A program made the position numbers and the translations under genes. Source: Deltaproteobacteria bacterium (GTDB lineage Bacteria; UBA10199; 2-02-FULL-50-16; JAJFLM01). Taken from it: DNA of 43,886 nucleotides. Every line of letters starts with the position of its first letter. The first letter of the stretch is position 1. The notes beneath the pieces are model-generated. The model did no database searches. It was not told the origin of the DNA and saw only the letters and a list, made by a program, of their open reading frames with translations. Positions 20,143-29,627 of this stretch are shown one piece after another. The stretch covers positions 1 through 43,886 of the forward strand of contig JAJFLM010000202.1 in the NCBI GenBank assembly GCA_021772655.1, in the 5' to 3' direction.

Positions 20143-21552
20143 TTATAATGCCAAGGCTTGTTTAATCGCAGTCAGTAATTCATCGACTCTTTCTACTGAA
20201 CTAGCTTCGGCGTATAGCCTCAGTAAAGGCTCTGTTCCTGACGGCCTCATCAGCACCCAAGAACCATCATTTAAGTTTAATCGACAGCCATCGCTACGAT
20301 CAATATCATTCACGGAAACACCGGATAATTCTGCTACCGAAAAATCACTCAAACGGGCTTTAACAGCATCTGCTTGCTCAGCCGGCAACTTAAAATCATC
20401 ACGCCGGAAATGATGAGCTCCGACTAAGGTCTGCAAATCACTCACCAATTGAGCTAAACTCTTTTTCCGCTGCGACATCATTTCTAGAATCAATAAGCCT
20501 GATAAAATACCATCACGTTCAGGAACATGCTCTACGACAGAGATACCACCTGATTCTTCGCCGCCAATTAATGGATTCAAATCATGAAAGCGGGCACAAA
20601 TATTCTTAAAACCAATCGCAGTACACTCTATTTTCAATCAATATTGTTTACATAAAGCATCAATCATCTGAGTTGTGGAGACAGTTTTTACTACGTCTCC
20701 CGTAAGCTCACGATCCTCCACTAAATGCTGTAAAATTAATGCGAAAAGATGATGGCTATCAATAAAGCGGCCCGTTTCATCCATCGTCCCAATACGATCG
20801 GCATCACCATCGGTGGCTAAACCAATATCAATGCCTTCGTGAGCAACGGCTTCCGCTAATTCTTCGAGATTTTTAGCAATGGGCTCCGGTTGAATCCCTT
20901 GAAAAGACGGGTTGCTGTCGCCATGCAATTCTTTAACACCATCTAAAAGCACAGCTTGAAAATACCCACCACCAGAACCATGCATAGCATCTGAAACAAT
21001 ATGCCATCCGGCATTACGAATACTAGTAACATCAACAAAAGATTGTAACTGCTTTACGTAAAGATCCATCGGATCAAATTCATGAAACAAACCCTGCTTT
21101 TGGGCCTGCTTAAGATCTAACTTGAGTGGCGTTTTACCTTGTGCATTATTTTTTTGCAGTTGAGCTTCAATAGGATTCGTATAATCAGATGAAGCGGAAC
21201 TTCCATCTGCTTCTTTAAACTTAATACCATTCCAATCAAAAGGATTATGACTGGCTGTCACCATGACTCCTGCACCCCCATTAAAGGCCTTAGTCATCCA
21301 AGAAATACAGGGAGTCGGACAATACTGTTTGGCAAAATGAACTTCTAATCCATTAGCACATAAGACACTGGCAACCGTCTCAGCAAATTGGCGTGATAAA
21401 AAGCGGCGATCATACCCTAAAAAAATCTTATCGGGTTCTGAACGAGTTTGAAAAACATCGCAAAATGCTTGGATAACATGCTCCACATTTTCAAAAGTGA
21501 AATCACGTGCAATCAATCCACGCCAACCATCTGTCCCAAATTTTATACTCAT
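20143..21552 (-). pseudogene. Phosphoglucomutase/phosphomannomutase interrupted by one in-frame TGA at 20638-20640
   Basis: FGTDGWRG, TASHNP and DGDADR lie before the stop; GGEESGG and RPSGTEP lie after it in the same frame (...CKQY*LKIECTAIGFK). Could be a sequencing error. Confidence 0.8.
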
Positions 21553-22499
21553 ATTACTCCCACTAATTTAGCCGCCAGCTTCCCCGCCGCAATCATACTT
21601 CCTGGGTTTGCTTTACCTTGCCACGCAATATCAAAAGCAACTCCATGATCCACACTTGTCCTAACAAAAGGTAGCCCCAAGGTCATATTGACCGCTTCAT
21701 CGAAATGCAAGAGCTTAACTGGAATCAGACCTTGATCATGATAAAGGCTAACAACCGCATCAAATTGCCCCTGCACGGCTTGATAAAATACTGTATCTCC
21801 GGGCAAGGGCCCCACAATATTAATCCCGGATTGACGTGCTTTTTTGACAGCCGGAATAATTTTTTTAGCTTCTTCATCGCCAAATAAACCACCCTCACTG
21901 GCATGCGGGTTAAATCCTGCAATGGCTAAACGAGGTTTCTTGAAAAGAAAACGCTGTGACATCACCTCATGAGTCAATTCAATAGCCCGCAACACCCGAA
22001 CAGGCGTCAACAAAGCTGGGACCCGGCTTAAGGGTTCATGGAGGGTAACCAAAACTATTTTAAGTTGTGGCCCCACCATCATTAAATAAGTTTGTGTCTT
22101 GATACCCGCCAATGCCGCGAGTAATTCCGTATGCCCCGGATGAGCACAACCTGCCAGATGAATATGTTCTTTGCAAATCGGTGCTGTCACAATGGCCTGA
22201 CACTCACCTTGTTGTACCTGCCGCACGGCCTCTTCAATATAGGCTAAAGCAACTTCACCACAACGACGCTTAGCAGAACGGCGCGTCACACTTAACTGAG
22301 GCTCTACAACATCTAGATTTTTCGGCAAGGTTTTTTTGAGCAGAACCGCTGCTTCCTCAAGCAAATGACGATGCCCGCAAATCCGCAGATCAGCGACCCG
22401 CTTTAATGGGGCTAAAACCCGCACAATAACCTCAGCACCCACACCGCGTGGGTCACCCATCGTAATCGCTAAACGTGGCTTGCTGGATTGACCTGGCAT
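21549..22499 (-). CDS. pdxA: 4-hydroxythreonine-4-phosphate dehydrogenase
   Basis: TMGDPRGVGAE, GHTELLA, NPHASEGGLFGDEE, YHDQGLIPVK, RTSVDHG. Confidence 0.96.
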   Translation of the reverse strand: MPGQSSKPRLAITMGDPRGVGAEVIVRVLAPLKRVADLRICGHRHLLEEAAVLLKKTLPKNLDVVEPQLSVTRRSAKRRCGEVALAYIEEAVRQVQQGECQAIVTAPICKEHIHLAGCAHPGHTELLAALAGIKTQTYLMMVGPQLKIVLVTLHEPLSRVPALLTPVRVLRAIELTHEVMSQRFLFKKPRLAIAGFNPHASEGGLFGDEEAKKIIPAVKKARQSGINIVGPLPGDTVFYQAVQGQFDAVVSLYHDQGLIPVKLLHFDEAVNMTLGLPFVRTSVDHGVAFDIAWQGKANPGSMIAAGKLAAKLVGVI

Positions 22500-22508
22500 A
22501 AATAAAAC

Positions 22509-23126
22509 TTAAGAATTATCTTTAATTTCAACAAAAGAGCGCTGACGGACTCCACTGAGATACTCTTTCAGTAAATCTCGTGATTTTGCCTCAAGAATAT
22601 TCATGCGCATTTGCTCTTCGGTTTCTTTTTTTGACTGAGATGGAAAACGCGTTTTGTAAGACACAAAATCCTTTTCATCTATCTCAATTTTTCCATAGAT
22701 ATTCTGTCGCATAAACTTCATCAGGCGAATTCTATTCAATAAATCCTTTTTATAAGCAGCATAGGGTATCCCCTTTTTAGACAATTCGCTCTTCAGTTGG
22801 GAAAGTGTCACCTGATTTTGCGCTAAAATACCCCGCAGGGCTTGATCTGCTTCCTGATCAGACACTTCAATTTTTAAACGTTCAATTTCTTGCAACAATA
22901 ATTTATCATTAATGATTTCCTCGAGGATTTCACTACGGGTTTGCTTCTTTTTTGAACTAAACTTGCCTTTTTGAGCGGCCATCCGCTCATTTACTTCGGA
23001 AGACAAAATAATCTCAGAACCAACAATGGCCACTATCCCATCAACCAATTGCTCGGCAGCCTCCGTAACAGTGGGTCCGGCCACACTGAGCAAAAGCGCT
23101 AGCGTAATTTTTACAAACAACTTCAT
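22509..23126 (-). CDS. SurA N-terminal-domain chaperone lacking a parvulin domain
   Basis: Signal peptide, VDGIVAIVGSEIILSSEV, ending FVEIK; sits in the usual position before pdxA. Confidence 0.85.
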   Translation of the reverse strand: MKLFVKITLALLLSVAGPTVTEAAEQLVDGIVAIVGSEIILSSEVNERMAAQKGKFSSKKKQTRSEILEEIINDKLLLQEIERLKIEVSDQEADQALRGILAQNQVTLSQLKSELSKKGIPYAAYKKDLLNRIRLMKFMRQNIYGKIEIDEKDFVSYKTRFPSQSKKETEEQMRMNILEAKSRDLLKEYLSGVRQRSFVEIKDNS

Positions 23127-24067
23127 AATACCACCTTCTCTAAAACCGATTCATCCACCTTTACACGAATCGTATCACTTAATTGCCGAACTTTATCCTC
23201 AATCAAAGCTTGCGCACGTTGCTGTGTCAAGAGTTCTCTAATAGCGGCTTCCGCTTCCTGATAATTTTGACGTTTCTGCTTCCGTTTATCTAAAGCTTTA
23301 AATAAATGGTAACCATAATCTGATGAGATGACCTTACTATGACGACCTTTCTTTAGTGCAAAACAATTTTCTACAAAAACCGGTGGATACTCCCCCTTAG
23401 CAAAATAACCTAAATCACCACCCTCGGCCGCTTCAGGACTCATAGAATGTTGTCGCGCCAGCTCGGCAAAATCAGCACCGGCTTCTAGTTCCTTATAGAG
23501 CTGTTCAGCTTTTTCGCGACTGTCGACAAAAATATGTAAGGCATGCACTTGCGCCGGCTGAAAAAAATCTTTGGCGTGTTCTCGATAATATTTCTTAGCA
23601 TCATTAATACTGACTTGCACCGCAGGAATTACTTGATTGCGGATCCAATCTTGAATAAGAAATTTCTCCTGCTGTACTTCCTCCCATTCAGCCAAACTAA
23701 GATTCATTTTTTTCAATTTGGCTGCAAAATCAGCCTCACCATAACCACTCTTTAGTGTTTCAAGGTGGGCTTGTAAGGCTTCTGTATCAATCGTCATTCC
23801 CAGAGCACGCGCCTGAATCAACAAAAGACGATGGCGAATCAATTGGTCTACCAAGCGGTGTTTGATCCGCAAAGCTTCTGCTTTAGACAAAGCCGGTTCG
23901 GCTTCACCTGTATTCACCCGTTGCATCCAATAAGCCCGCTGCAAGTCTGCAATGCTAATCGGTTGATCATCTACAGTTGCCACCCAATCTGGACTCGCTT
24001 GGCTACAAGCGGCCAATACCAGGATAAACCCCGCCACAAGGACATATGTCAGTTTAGAATACTTCAT
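23123..24067 (-). CDS. PpiC/parvulin-type peptidyl-prolyl isomerase lipoprotein (PrsA/SurA-like)
   Basis: Lipobox LAAC; HIFV, FAELARQHS, GGDLGYF, SDYGYHLFK. Confidence 0.92.
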   Translation of the reverse strand: MKYSKLTYVLVAGFILVLAACSQASPDWVATVDDQPISIADLQRAYWMQRVNTGEAEPALSKAEALRIKHRLVDQLIRHRLLLIQARALGMTIDTEALQAHLETLKSGYGEADFAAKLKKMNLSLAEWEEVQQEKFLIQDWIRNQVIPAVQVSINDAKKYYREHAKDFFQPAQVHALHIFVDSREKAEQLYKELEAGADFAELARQHSMSPEAAEGGDLGYFAKGEYPPVFVENCFALKKGRHSKVISSDYGYHLFKALDKRKQKRQNYQEAEAAIRELLTQQRAQALIEDKVRQLSDTIRVKVDESVLEKVVL

Positions 24068-24070
24068 TGT

Positions 24071-27000
24071 TTAAGTGAAATTGGCATGTTCATACAGACT
24101 CTTCAAGAAGTATCTCGCCTGAGTGAGGCGCTCATTTTCTGATGCAATGGTCTCTTTAACGATCAATTTCATGTCAGGTGTCAAACGATATTTCTTAGGT
24201 TCTTTCGAAATTCGCTTCATAATAGCCTCCGGTGCCAAAGGCGTTTGAGGATCAAAAATATAAGCAAATTTTCCAGGAGAATAATGCAGGGCGCGTATCC
24301 GTAATTTCTTAGCCATGGCCTTAATCATCATCAATTGAATCAGCTGTTCTGTTTCTAAAGGTAAGGGGCCAAAACGATCAATGAATTCTTCCTCCAATTC
24401 ATAGCCCCGCTCTTCGTCTTCTAGAGCGGCTAAGCGACGATAGAGCTCTAAACGTAATGCCGGGTCGCGGATATAATCTTCGGGGATTGTCGCTGTCACC
24501 CGCAAATGCAGTTCAGGCTCAATGCTCTCGACAATAACCTCTCCTTTTAGTTCTTTTATAGCTTGTTCTAATAACTCCACATAAAGCTCATAACCAATCG
24601 CCTCGAGATGCCCCGATTGCTTGTCGCCCAAAACATTGCCCGCGCCACGAATTTCTAAATCATGGCACGCCATCTTAAAACCGCTGCCGAGTTCACTGAA
24701 ACGTCGCAGCACATCCAAACGCTTTTTAGCATCCACCGTTAACTCTTTGCGTGGGGGCACGAGCATATAGGCATAGGCGCGCTGTGAACCACGACCAACG
24801 CGGCCCCGCAGCTGATAGATTTGTGCTAAACCTAATTGATCCGCACGTTCAATTAAAATTGTGTTGGCCGTGGGGATATCAATACCTGATTCAATAATAG
24901 TCGTGCACAATAAAAGATCCGCTTCATGATTTGAAAAACGAATCATCACATCTTCTAATTGATGTTCCTTCATTTGACCGTGACCCACCAACAAACGAAT
25001 GTCTGGTAAAATACGCCGCAAGCGATCCGCCGTGCGTTCAATATCTTGCACACGGTTATGCACAAAAAAGACTTGGCCACCACGACGGACCTCACGTTGC
25101 ACGGCTTCTTGAATGGTCACATCACTATCAGGCGTCACATAGGTACGGATCGACAAGCGATCGGTGGGTGGGGTTTCAATCACACTAATACCACGCAAGC
25201 CCGACATCGCCATATTCAAAGTCCGTGGGATTGGAGTCGCCGATAAAGCCAAGACATCAACCGATTTTTTAAACTGTTTGATTTTTTCTTTTTGCGTCAC
25301 ACCAAAACGATGCTCTTCATCAATCACCAGTAAACCTAGGTCTTTAAAGGACACATCACTTTGCAATAAACGATGAGTCCCAATAATAATGTCAATAGCC
25401 CCTGAGGCCAACTCTGCCATGACCTGTTTGGCTTCCTGACGGGTTTGAAAGCGTGAGATCAAACCGACCTTTACCGGATAATCAGCAAAGCGTTGCTTAA
25501 AATTATGGGCATGCTGAAAAGCCAAAACCGTCGTAGGCACCAAGATGGCCACCTGCTTATTATCAAGCACCGCTTTAAAAGCGGCCCGCATGGCCACCTC
25601 AGTTTTTCCATAACCTACATCACCTAGAACTAAACGGTCCATGGGTTCATTGAGCTCCATGTCTTTGATCACTTCAGCGATCGTACGCGCTTGATCGCCG
25701 GTCTCTTCATGAGGAAAGCTGGCTTCAAAAGTTTCGAAGAGTTCATTGCCCGCAGAAAAAGCATGGCCTTGTCCCGCCGCACGCTGGGCATATAAATTAA
25801 GTAACTCACCGGCCATATGACGGATAGCCTTTTGGGCTTTTGCGCGCACCTTATGCCAAGAAGCGCCACCCATCCGATCTAAACGCGGCTCTTTGCCATT
25901 ACCTGTATATGGTTGAATTTGATTCATACGATACACCGGCAAAAATAACTTGTCTTGATTGGCATAGGCTAACACGAGAAAATCGTTATCAATGCCGTCA
26001 ATCGTCATACGTTCAACGCCTAAATAACGGCCGATACCATGCTCTTCATGAACTAAGGGATCGCCACTTTTCAGCTCACCAAAAGACATGAAGCCGCCTT
26101 GACGCTCTCGACTCTTGCTTTGCTTGTGCGCCTTGGGCCCAAAAATTTCTTCATCACTGATGACAATGAGATGTTGTGAAGACCAACGAAAACCTCGCCC
26201 CACCTGACCGATCAATACAGGAATAACACCTGGCTCTAAAACTGTTGCTGAAAATACCGTCGCCGCTGAAGCCCGCAGAGGTAAATCATAAGGTGCAAAT
26301 AAATCTAAGAGACGTTTTTGCTGGGCCCGGCTGGAAGACACAAACACAACCTGGTGATCCTCTGACCATGTTTTAATTTTTTGAGCCAGCTCACGAAAGG
26401 GCATGTCATTACGTTGCTTCAGATTCCACCGGATATCTTCGTTGCTCACCATCTCCATGGCTAAGTGATCATCGTCGCTTGAGTCTTCACTCAATAATAA
26501 AGTAGGACGCGGTTTCAATGACTCGTCGATCAACCGAGTATCAAGCAGTTCATCCACTTCTAGAATACGTTCGATGCTTTCTGACTGTTGACGGCTGGTT
26601 TGCATCTCTTCATGTAGATCCTCTAGATGCTCGGTAATTTTTTGAGGCTCCACACAGAGCACGCGACAATCATCGGGCATATAATCATTTAAGCCCGTCG
26701 GTGTGTCATTGAGCCACAAGGCAAACTGTTCAATCCCACCAAAAAGATGGCCCTGCCGAATCTTATCAATCGTATCGCGTTTTTCAGAGGCACCAAGTCC
26801 TTGTTCGTCACAACGCGCCCTGATTTTTTGCGCAAGCTGTTCCCGACTCGCATCATCCCAAATCAATTCACGTACGGGAATCAAGCAACCATCAAGTACG
26901 GGCTCTAAAGACGTTTGTTTGGCTGGATCAAAACGACGGATCGATTCGATTTCATCACCAAATAATTCAACCCGCCAAGGCCAATCATCTAAAGGTCCCC

Positions 27001-27532
27001 AAAAATCAACGAGGGAACCCCGCACCGCATAGGTACCACGATCTTCGACCAAGGGAGCCTGCTGATAACCCCAATCCAGCAGCAGGCTCACTAAAATATC
27101 ACGGTCACAGCTCTGCTTGGGCTTAAGGCTTTGTTGTTTATCTTGCAAACGCTGTGGGGCCAACACAGGACCCGCCGCCGCCGCCGCAGGGCTCACTAAA
27201 ACTAAAGGCCCTGTCTGTTGATTCAAGGCATGCAAGGACTTCACCCGCTGCGCCTGCACATCGCGATGGGGTGAAATTTGAAAATAGGGCAAAGTATCCA
27301 TTGCTGGAAACTCATAGACGGGCAGCGTCTCACCCAGAAAAAACCGCAATTCTTGGGTCCAACGCTCCATGTCTTTACCTGTGGGCACGATGATCCAGGT
27401 CACCGCAGGGGCTTGCTGTAAGAGAGCCTGGGCGACCAAATAACTCCCTGCAGCTCCCACCAGGCCACTGATACGCGCCGCACGAGACTCATGGAATTGC
27501 TGTTGAAAGCTTAAAAGCACGGAATCCGACAT
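24071..27532 (-). CDS. mfd: Transcription-repair coupling factor
   Basis: VHEEHGIGRYLG, GDVGYGKTEVA, IDEEHRFGV, SATPIPRT, QLRGRVGR, DLEIRGAGN; C-terminal TRCF domain. Confidence 0.99.
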   Translation of the reverse strand: MSDSVLLSFQQQFHESRAARISGLVGAAGSYLVAQALLQQAPAVTWIIVPTGKDMERWTQELRFFLGETLPVYEFPAMDTLPYFQISPHRDVQAQRVKSLHALNQQTGPLVLVSPAAAAAGPVLAPQRLQDKQQSLKPKQSCDRDILVSLLLDWGYQQAPLVEDRGTYAVRGSLVDFWGPLDDWPWRVELFGDEIESIRRFDPAKQTSLEPVLDGCLIPVRELIWDDASREQLAQKIRARCDEQGLGASEKRDTIDKIRQGHLFGGIEQFALWLNDTPTGLNDYMPDDCRVLCVEPQKITEHLEDLHEEMQTSRQQSESIERILEVDELLDTRLIDESLKPRPTLLLSEDSSDDDHLAMEMVSNEDIRWNLKQRNDMPFRELAQKIKTWSEDHQVVFVSSSRAQQKRLLDLFAPYDLPLRASAATVFSATVLEPGVIPVLIGQVGRGFRWSSQHLIVISDEEIFGPKAHKQSKSRERQGGFMSFGELKSGDPLVHEEHGIGRYLGVERMTIDGIDNDFLVLAYANQDKLFLPVYRMNQIQPYTGNGKEPRLDRMGGASWHKVRAKAQKAIRHMAGELLNLYAQRAAGQGHAFSAGNELFETFEASFPHEETGDQARTIAEVIKDMELNEPMDRLVLGDVGYGKTEVAMRAAFKAVLDNKQVAILVPTTVLAFQHAHNFKQRFADYPVKVGLISRFQTRQEAKQVMAELASGAIDIIIGTHRLLQSDVSFKDLGLLVIDEEHRFGVTQKEKIKQFKKSVDVLALSATPIPRTLNMAMSGLRGISVIETPPTDRLSIRTYVTPDSDVTIQEAVQREVRRGGQVFFVHNRVQDIERTADRLRRILPDIRLLVGHGQMKEHQLEDVMIRFSNHEADLLLCTTIIESGIDIPTANTILIERADQLGLAQIYQLRGRVGRGSQRAYAYMLVPPRKELTVDAKKRLDVLRRFSELGSGFKMACHDLEIRGAGNVLGDKQSGHLEAIGYELYVELLEQAIKELKGEVIVESIEPELHLRVTATIPEDYIRDPALRLELYRRLAALEDEERGYELEEEFIDRFGPLPLETEQLIQLMMIKAMAKKLRIRALHYSPGKFAYIFDPQTPLAPEAIMKRISKEPKKYRLTPDMKLIVKETIASENERLTQARYFLKSLYEHANFT

Positions 27533-27541
27533 GGGTCGTTC

Positions 27542-27570
27542 TGTGTAGTGTTCCTATCTCATTCGGTCAA
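27542..27570 (-). promoter_or_regulatory. Sigma70-like promoter of the mfd operon
   Basis: TTGACC-17 bp-TACACA, 9 nt before the ATG. Confidence 0.5.
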
Positions 27571-27633
27571 GTAATCAGCCTTTCTCATCCAGGTCTTTTT
27601 ATGTTAGTCTAAGTAGTGAATATTTCTTAATTT

Positions 27634-28653
27634 ATGGCACCAACTGGCTCAAATATCCCCGGGTCTCGACAAGGCCCGATTCCTACAGATCCAAACGCTG
27701 GCGAGCGTAAGGTAGAAGGCACCCGTTCACAAACTCAGCAGCAACAACCTGGCGCCCAGCAAGAAGCGGCGCGAAAAGCTTCCACTGACAAGTTCAGCAA
27801 AACCAATATCAATTTAGTCCTCAAGCAGATGAAAGAAACTGTCAGCCAAAACAGCAGGCAGAGCTTTCATCCGAGTAAATTAGTCAGTGGCCGTGAAGAT
27901 GTCAGTGAATTTGAAAAAACCTTCTTAGAGTTTTTCATGGGTGAACGTCGTTTAGGCGCTCCCCTCCAACCAGGCGAAGAAAAATTTCGCAAAAAACAAG
28001 TGGAAGAATGGAAAGAATTTTATGAAGCGCTTTATACCTGTACCGTAGCACGCAATACCGCCATGGAAAAAGTCGTCCGCTTAGTCTTTAGAGGACTTTC
28101 TCAAAATGATCCACGCCCTGAAGATAGAAACCAACAAGTCACGGGAACCGTACTGATTGCAGATCTTTATACGCAACGGCAACGACGTGCGCGTTGCGAT
28201 AAGTTTGTGCGGATTCCTGTGCCCAACGAAACCGCCTTAGCTCAACTGCAGGCATTTTCCTGGGGAGATGAAATCAGTGCCGCGCAGACTCAACAATGCT
28301 TTGGCACCGGTGATTTAGAATATCTGGCCTTAAATTACCGTCCGGTACGGAAAAACCTCGTCACGGGGAAAAGTTATCCCGCCCATGAAAGCCTGCAACG
28401 AAATGCCCAAGCAGCTGCCCAAGCACGCGCTGCATTGCAAGCCAACCGCATGGGCTTGTCTTCTCAAGCGACTAATATTGCGCAACAACGGATGCAGCAT
28501 GAAGCGACCACTGAATCAAACACACAGACAGAGACCCCACCGACAGCTCCCACCAACCCAAAGCCCAACGAAACACAATCTGCCGATAAACCTCAGGAAT
28601 CAACAAATGAACTCTATCAGCAGAAGAATTTGTTGGATAAGTTATTGAGTTAA
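27634..28653 (+). CDS. Hypothetical protein with Q/P/T-rich disordered termini
   Basis: 339-aa ORF filling the gap; no family recognised. Confidence 0.8.
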   Translation: MAPTGSNIPGSRQGPIPTDPNAGERKVEGTRSQTQQQQPGAQQEAARKASTDKFSKTNINLVLKQMKETVSQNSRQSFHPSKLVSGREDVSEFEKTFLEFFMGERRLGAPLQPGEEKFRKKQVEEWKEFYEALYTCTVARNTAMEKVVRLVFRGLSQNDPRPEDRNQQVTGTVLIADLYTQRQRRARCDKFVRIPVPNETALAQLQAFSWGDEISAAQTQQCFGTGDLEYLALNYRPVRKNLVTGKSYPAHESLQRNAQAAAQARAALQANRMGLSSQATNIAQQRMQHEATTESNTQTETPPTAPTNPKPNETQSADKPQESTNELYQQKNLLDKLLS

Positions 28654-28699
28654 TTTGAAGCGACTATCTCTTCGGTAAAATAGTAGGGCTCATGCAACC

Positions 28700-29017
28700 C
28701 TATTCATCAACACGACACCTCAGATAAACCAACGCTACCACAGAACCTAAGGCCCAACCACCGCCACGACTCAGCCAATCTTCAAAGCGGCCATTGGATA
28801 ATTCTGCAATCAACACAGGAGCCAGCATTAAAAAAGCTCCCCAAGCTAAACGTCGCTGCTTAGTGAGTACGGCCAACAAAATCCAGAATGTGGTCAGGGA
28901 CCAATGGAAAAAGAAGTGCGATGCAAACAGCATATGTTCCCAGGGATTACTAAATGACTCAAAGCCCGGAACATGTGCCGCAACCCAATAGCTTAACTGA
29001 TGGAACCACTGCTCCAT
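28700..29017 (-). CDS. Small membrane protein
   Basis: About three hydrophobic segments; begins 12 nt after the hisI stop. Confidence 0.65.
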   Translation of the reverse strand: MEQWFHQLSYWVAAHVPGFESFSNPWEHMLFASHFFFHWSLTTFWILLAVLTKQRRLAWGAFLMLAPVLIAELSNGRFEDWLSRGGGWALGSVVALVYLRCRVDE

Positions 29018-29029
29018 AATTATCTCAGC

Positions 29030-29413
29030 TTAGTAGGTTTCTTTAGGATCAAATACAGGCTCTGAAATAACCTTCAAAGTACCATCTTCTAATTTGCGAT
29101 AAAAACAAGAACGGTGTCCCACGTGACAGGCCGCCACGTTTTGTTTGACCTTGATCAAAATCGCGTCCACATCACAATCTACATAGACTTCTTTGACTTC
29201 TTGGGTATGACCACTGGATTCGCCTTTGACCCAGTACTTTTGCCGCGAACGCGACCAGAAATTAGTATAGGGGCCTTCCAGAGTCGCCCGCAAGGCATCA
29301 CGATTCATATAGGCCACCATCAAAATTTCGTTGTTCTCAATATCTTGTACAATGCCCGTCACCAGGCCTTTGTCGTCATATTTTACTTGATCAAGAAAAT
29401 TGTCTAAATCCAT
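29030..29413 (-). CDS. hisI: Phosphoribosyl-AMP cyclohydrolase
   Basis: ILMVAYMN, FWSRSRQ, KGESSGH, DCDVD, ACHVGHRSCFYR. ATG at 29413 preferred. Confidence 0.96.
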   Translation of the reverse strand: MDLDNFLDQVKYDDKGLVTGIVQDIENNEILMVAYMNRDALRATLEGPYTNFWSRSRQKYWVKGESSGHTQEVKEVYVDCDVDAILIKVKQNVAACHVGHRSCFYRKLEDGTLKVISEPVFDPKETY

Positions 29414-29581
29414 GATTACACCCAATTTTTTGCTTACAGAGCTCACCAGCTCTATAAAAATTCTTAATAATATTCAGTGGCTGGGACTGGCCCAAGCCCT
29501 ATACTCGCCAATCACCATAGCCCTCCCTAATTTGTCAAATGATCCTGTGAACTCTAGGTCACAGGATTTTCGCAAATTTTA

Positions 29582-29608
29582 GCAACTTTAGCCCTCCCAT
29601 GCCGAAGT
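29582..29608 (+). promoter_or_regulatory. Shared sigma-28-like promoter motif, copy before the methyltransferase
   Basis: GCAACTTTAGCCCTCCCAT-GCCGAAGT, 19 nt before the ATG. Confidence 0.7.
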
Positions 29609-29627
29609 CATCCCGCGGGTAATAATC

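Noticed and set aside
20638-20640. Genome-wide TGA=Gly recoding (translation table 25)
   Set aside because: TGA is used as a true stop in coupled overlaps (15254, 21549, 23123), and no other long conserved gene in the window has an internal TGA.
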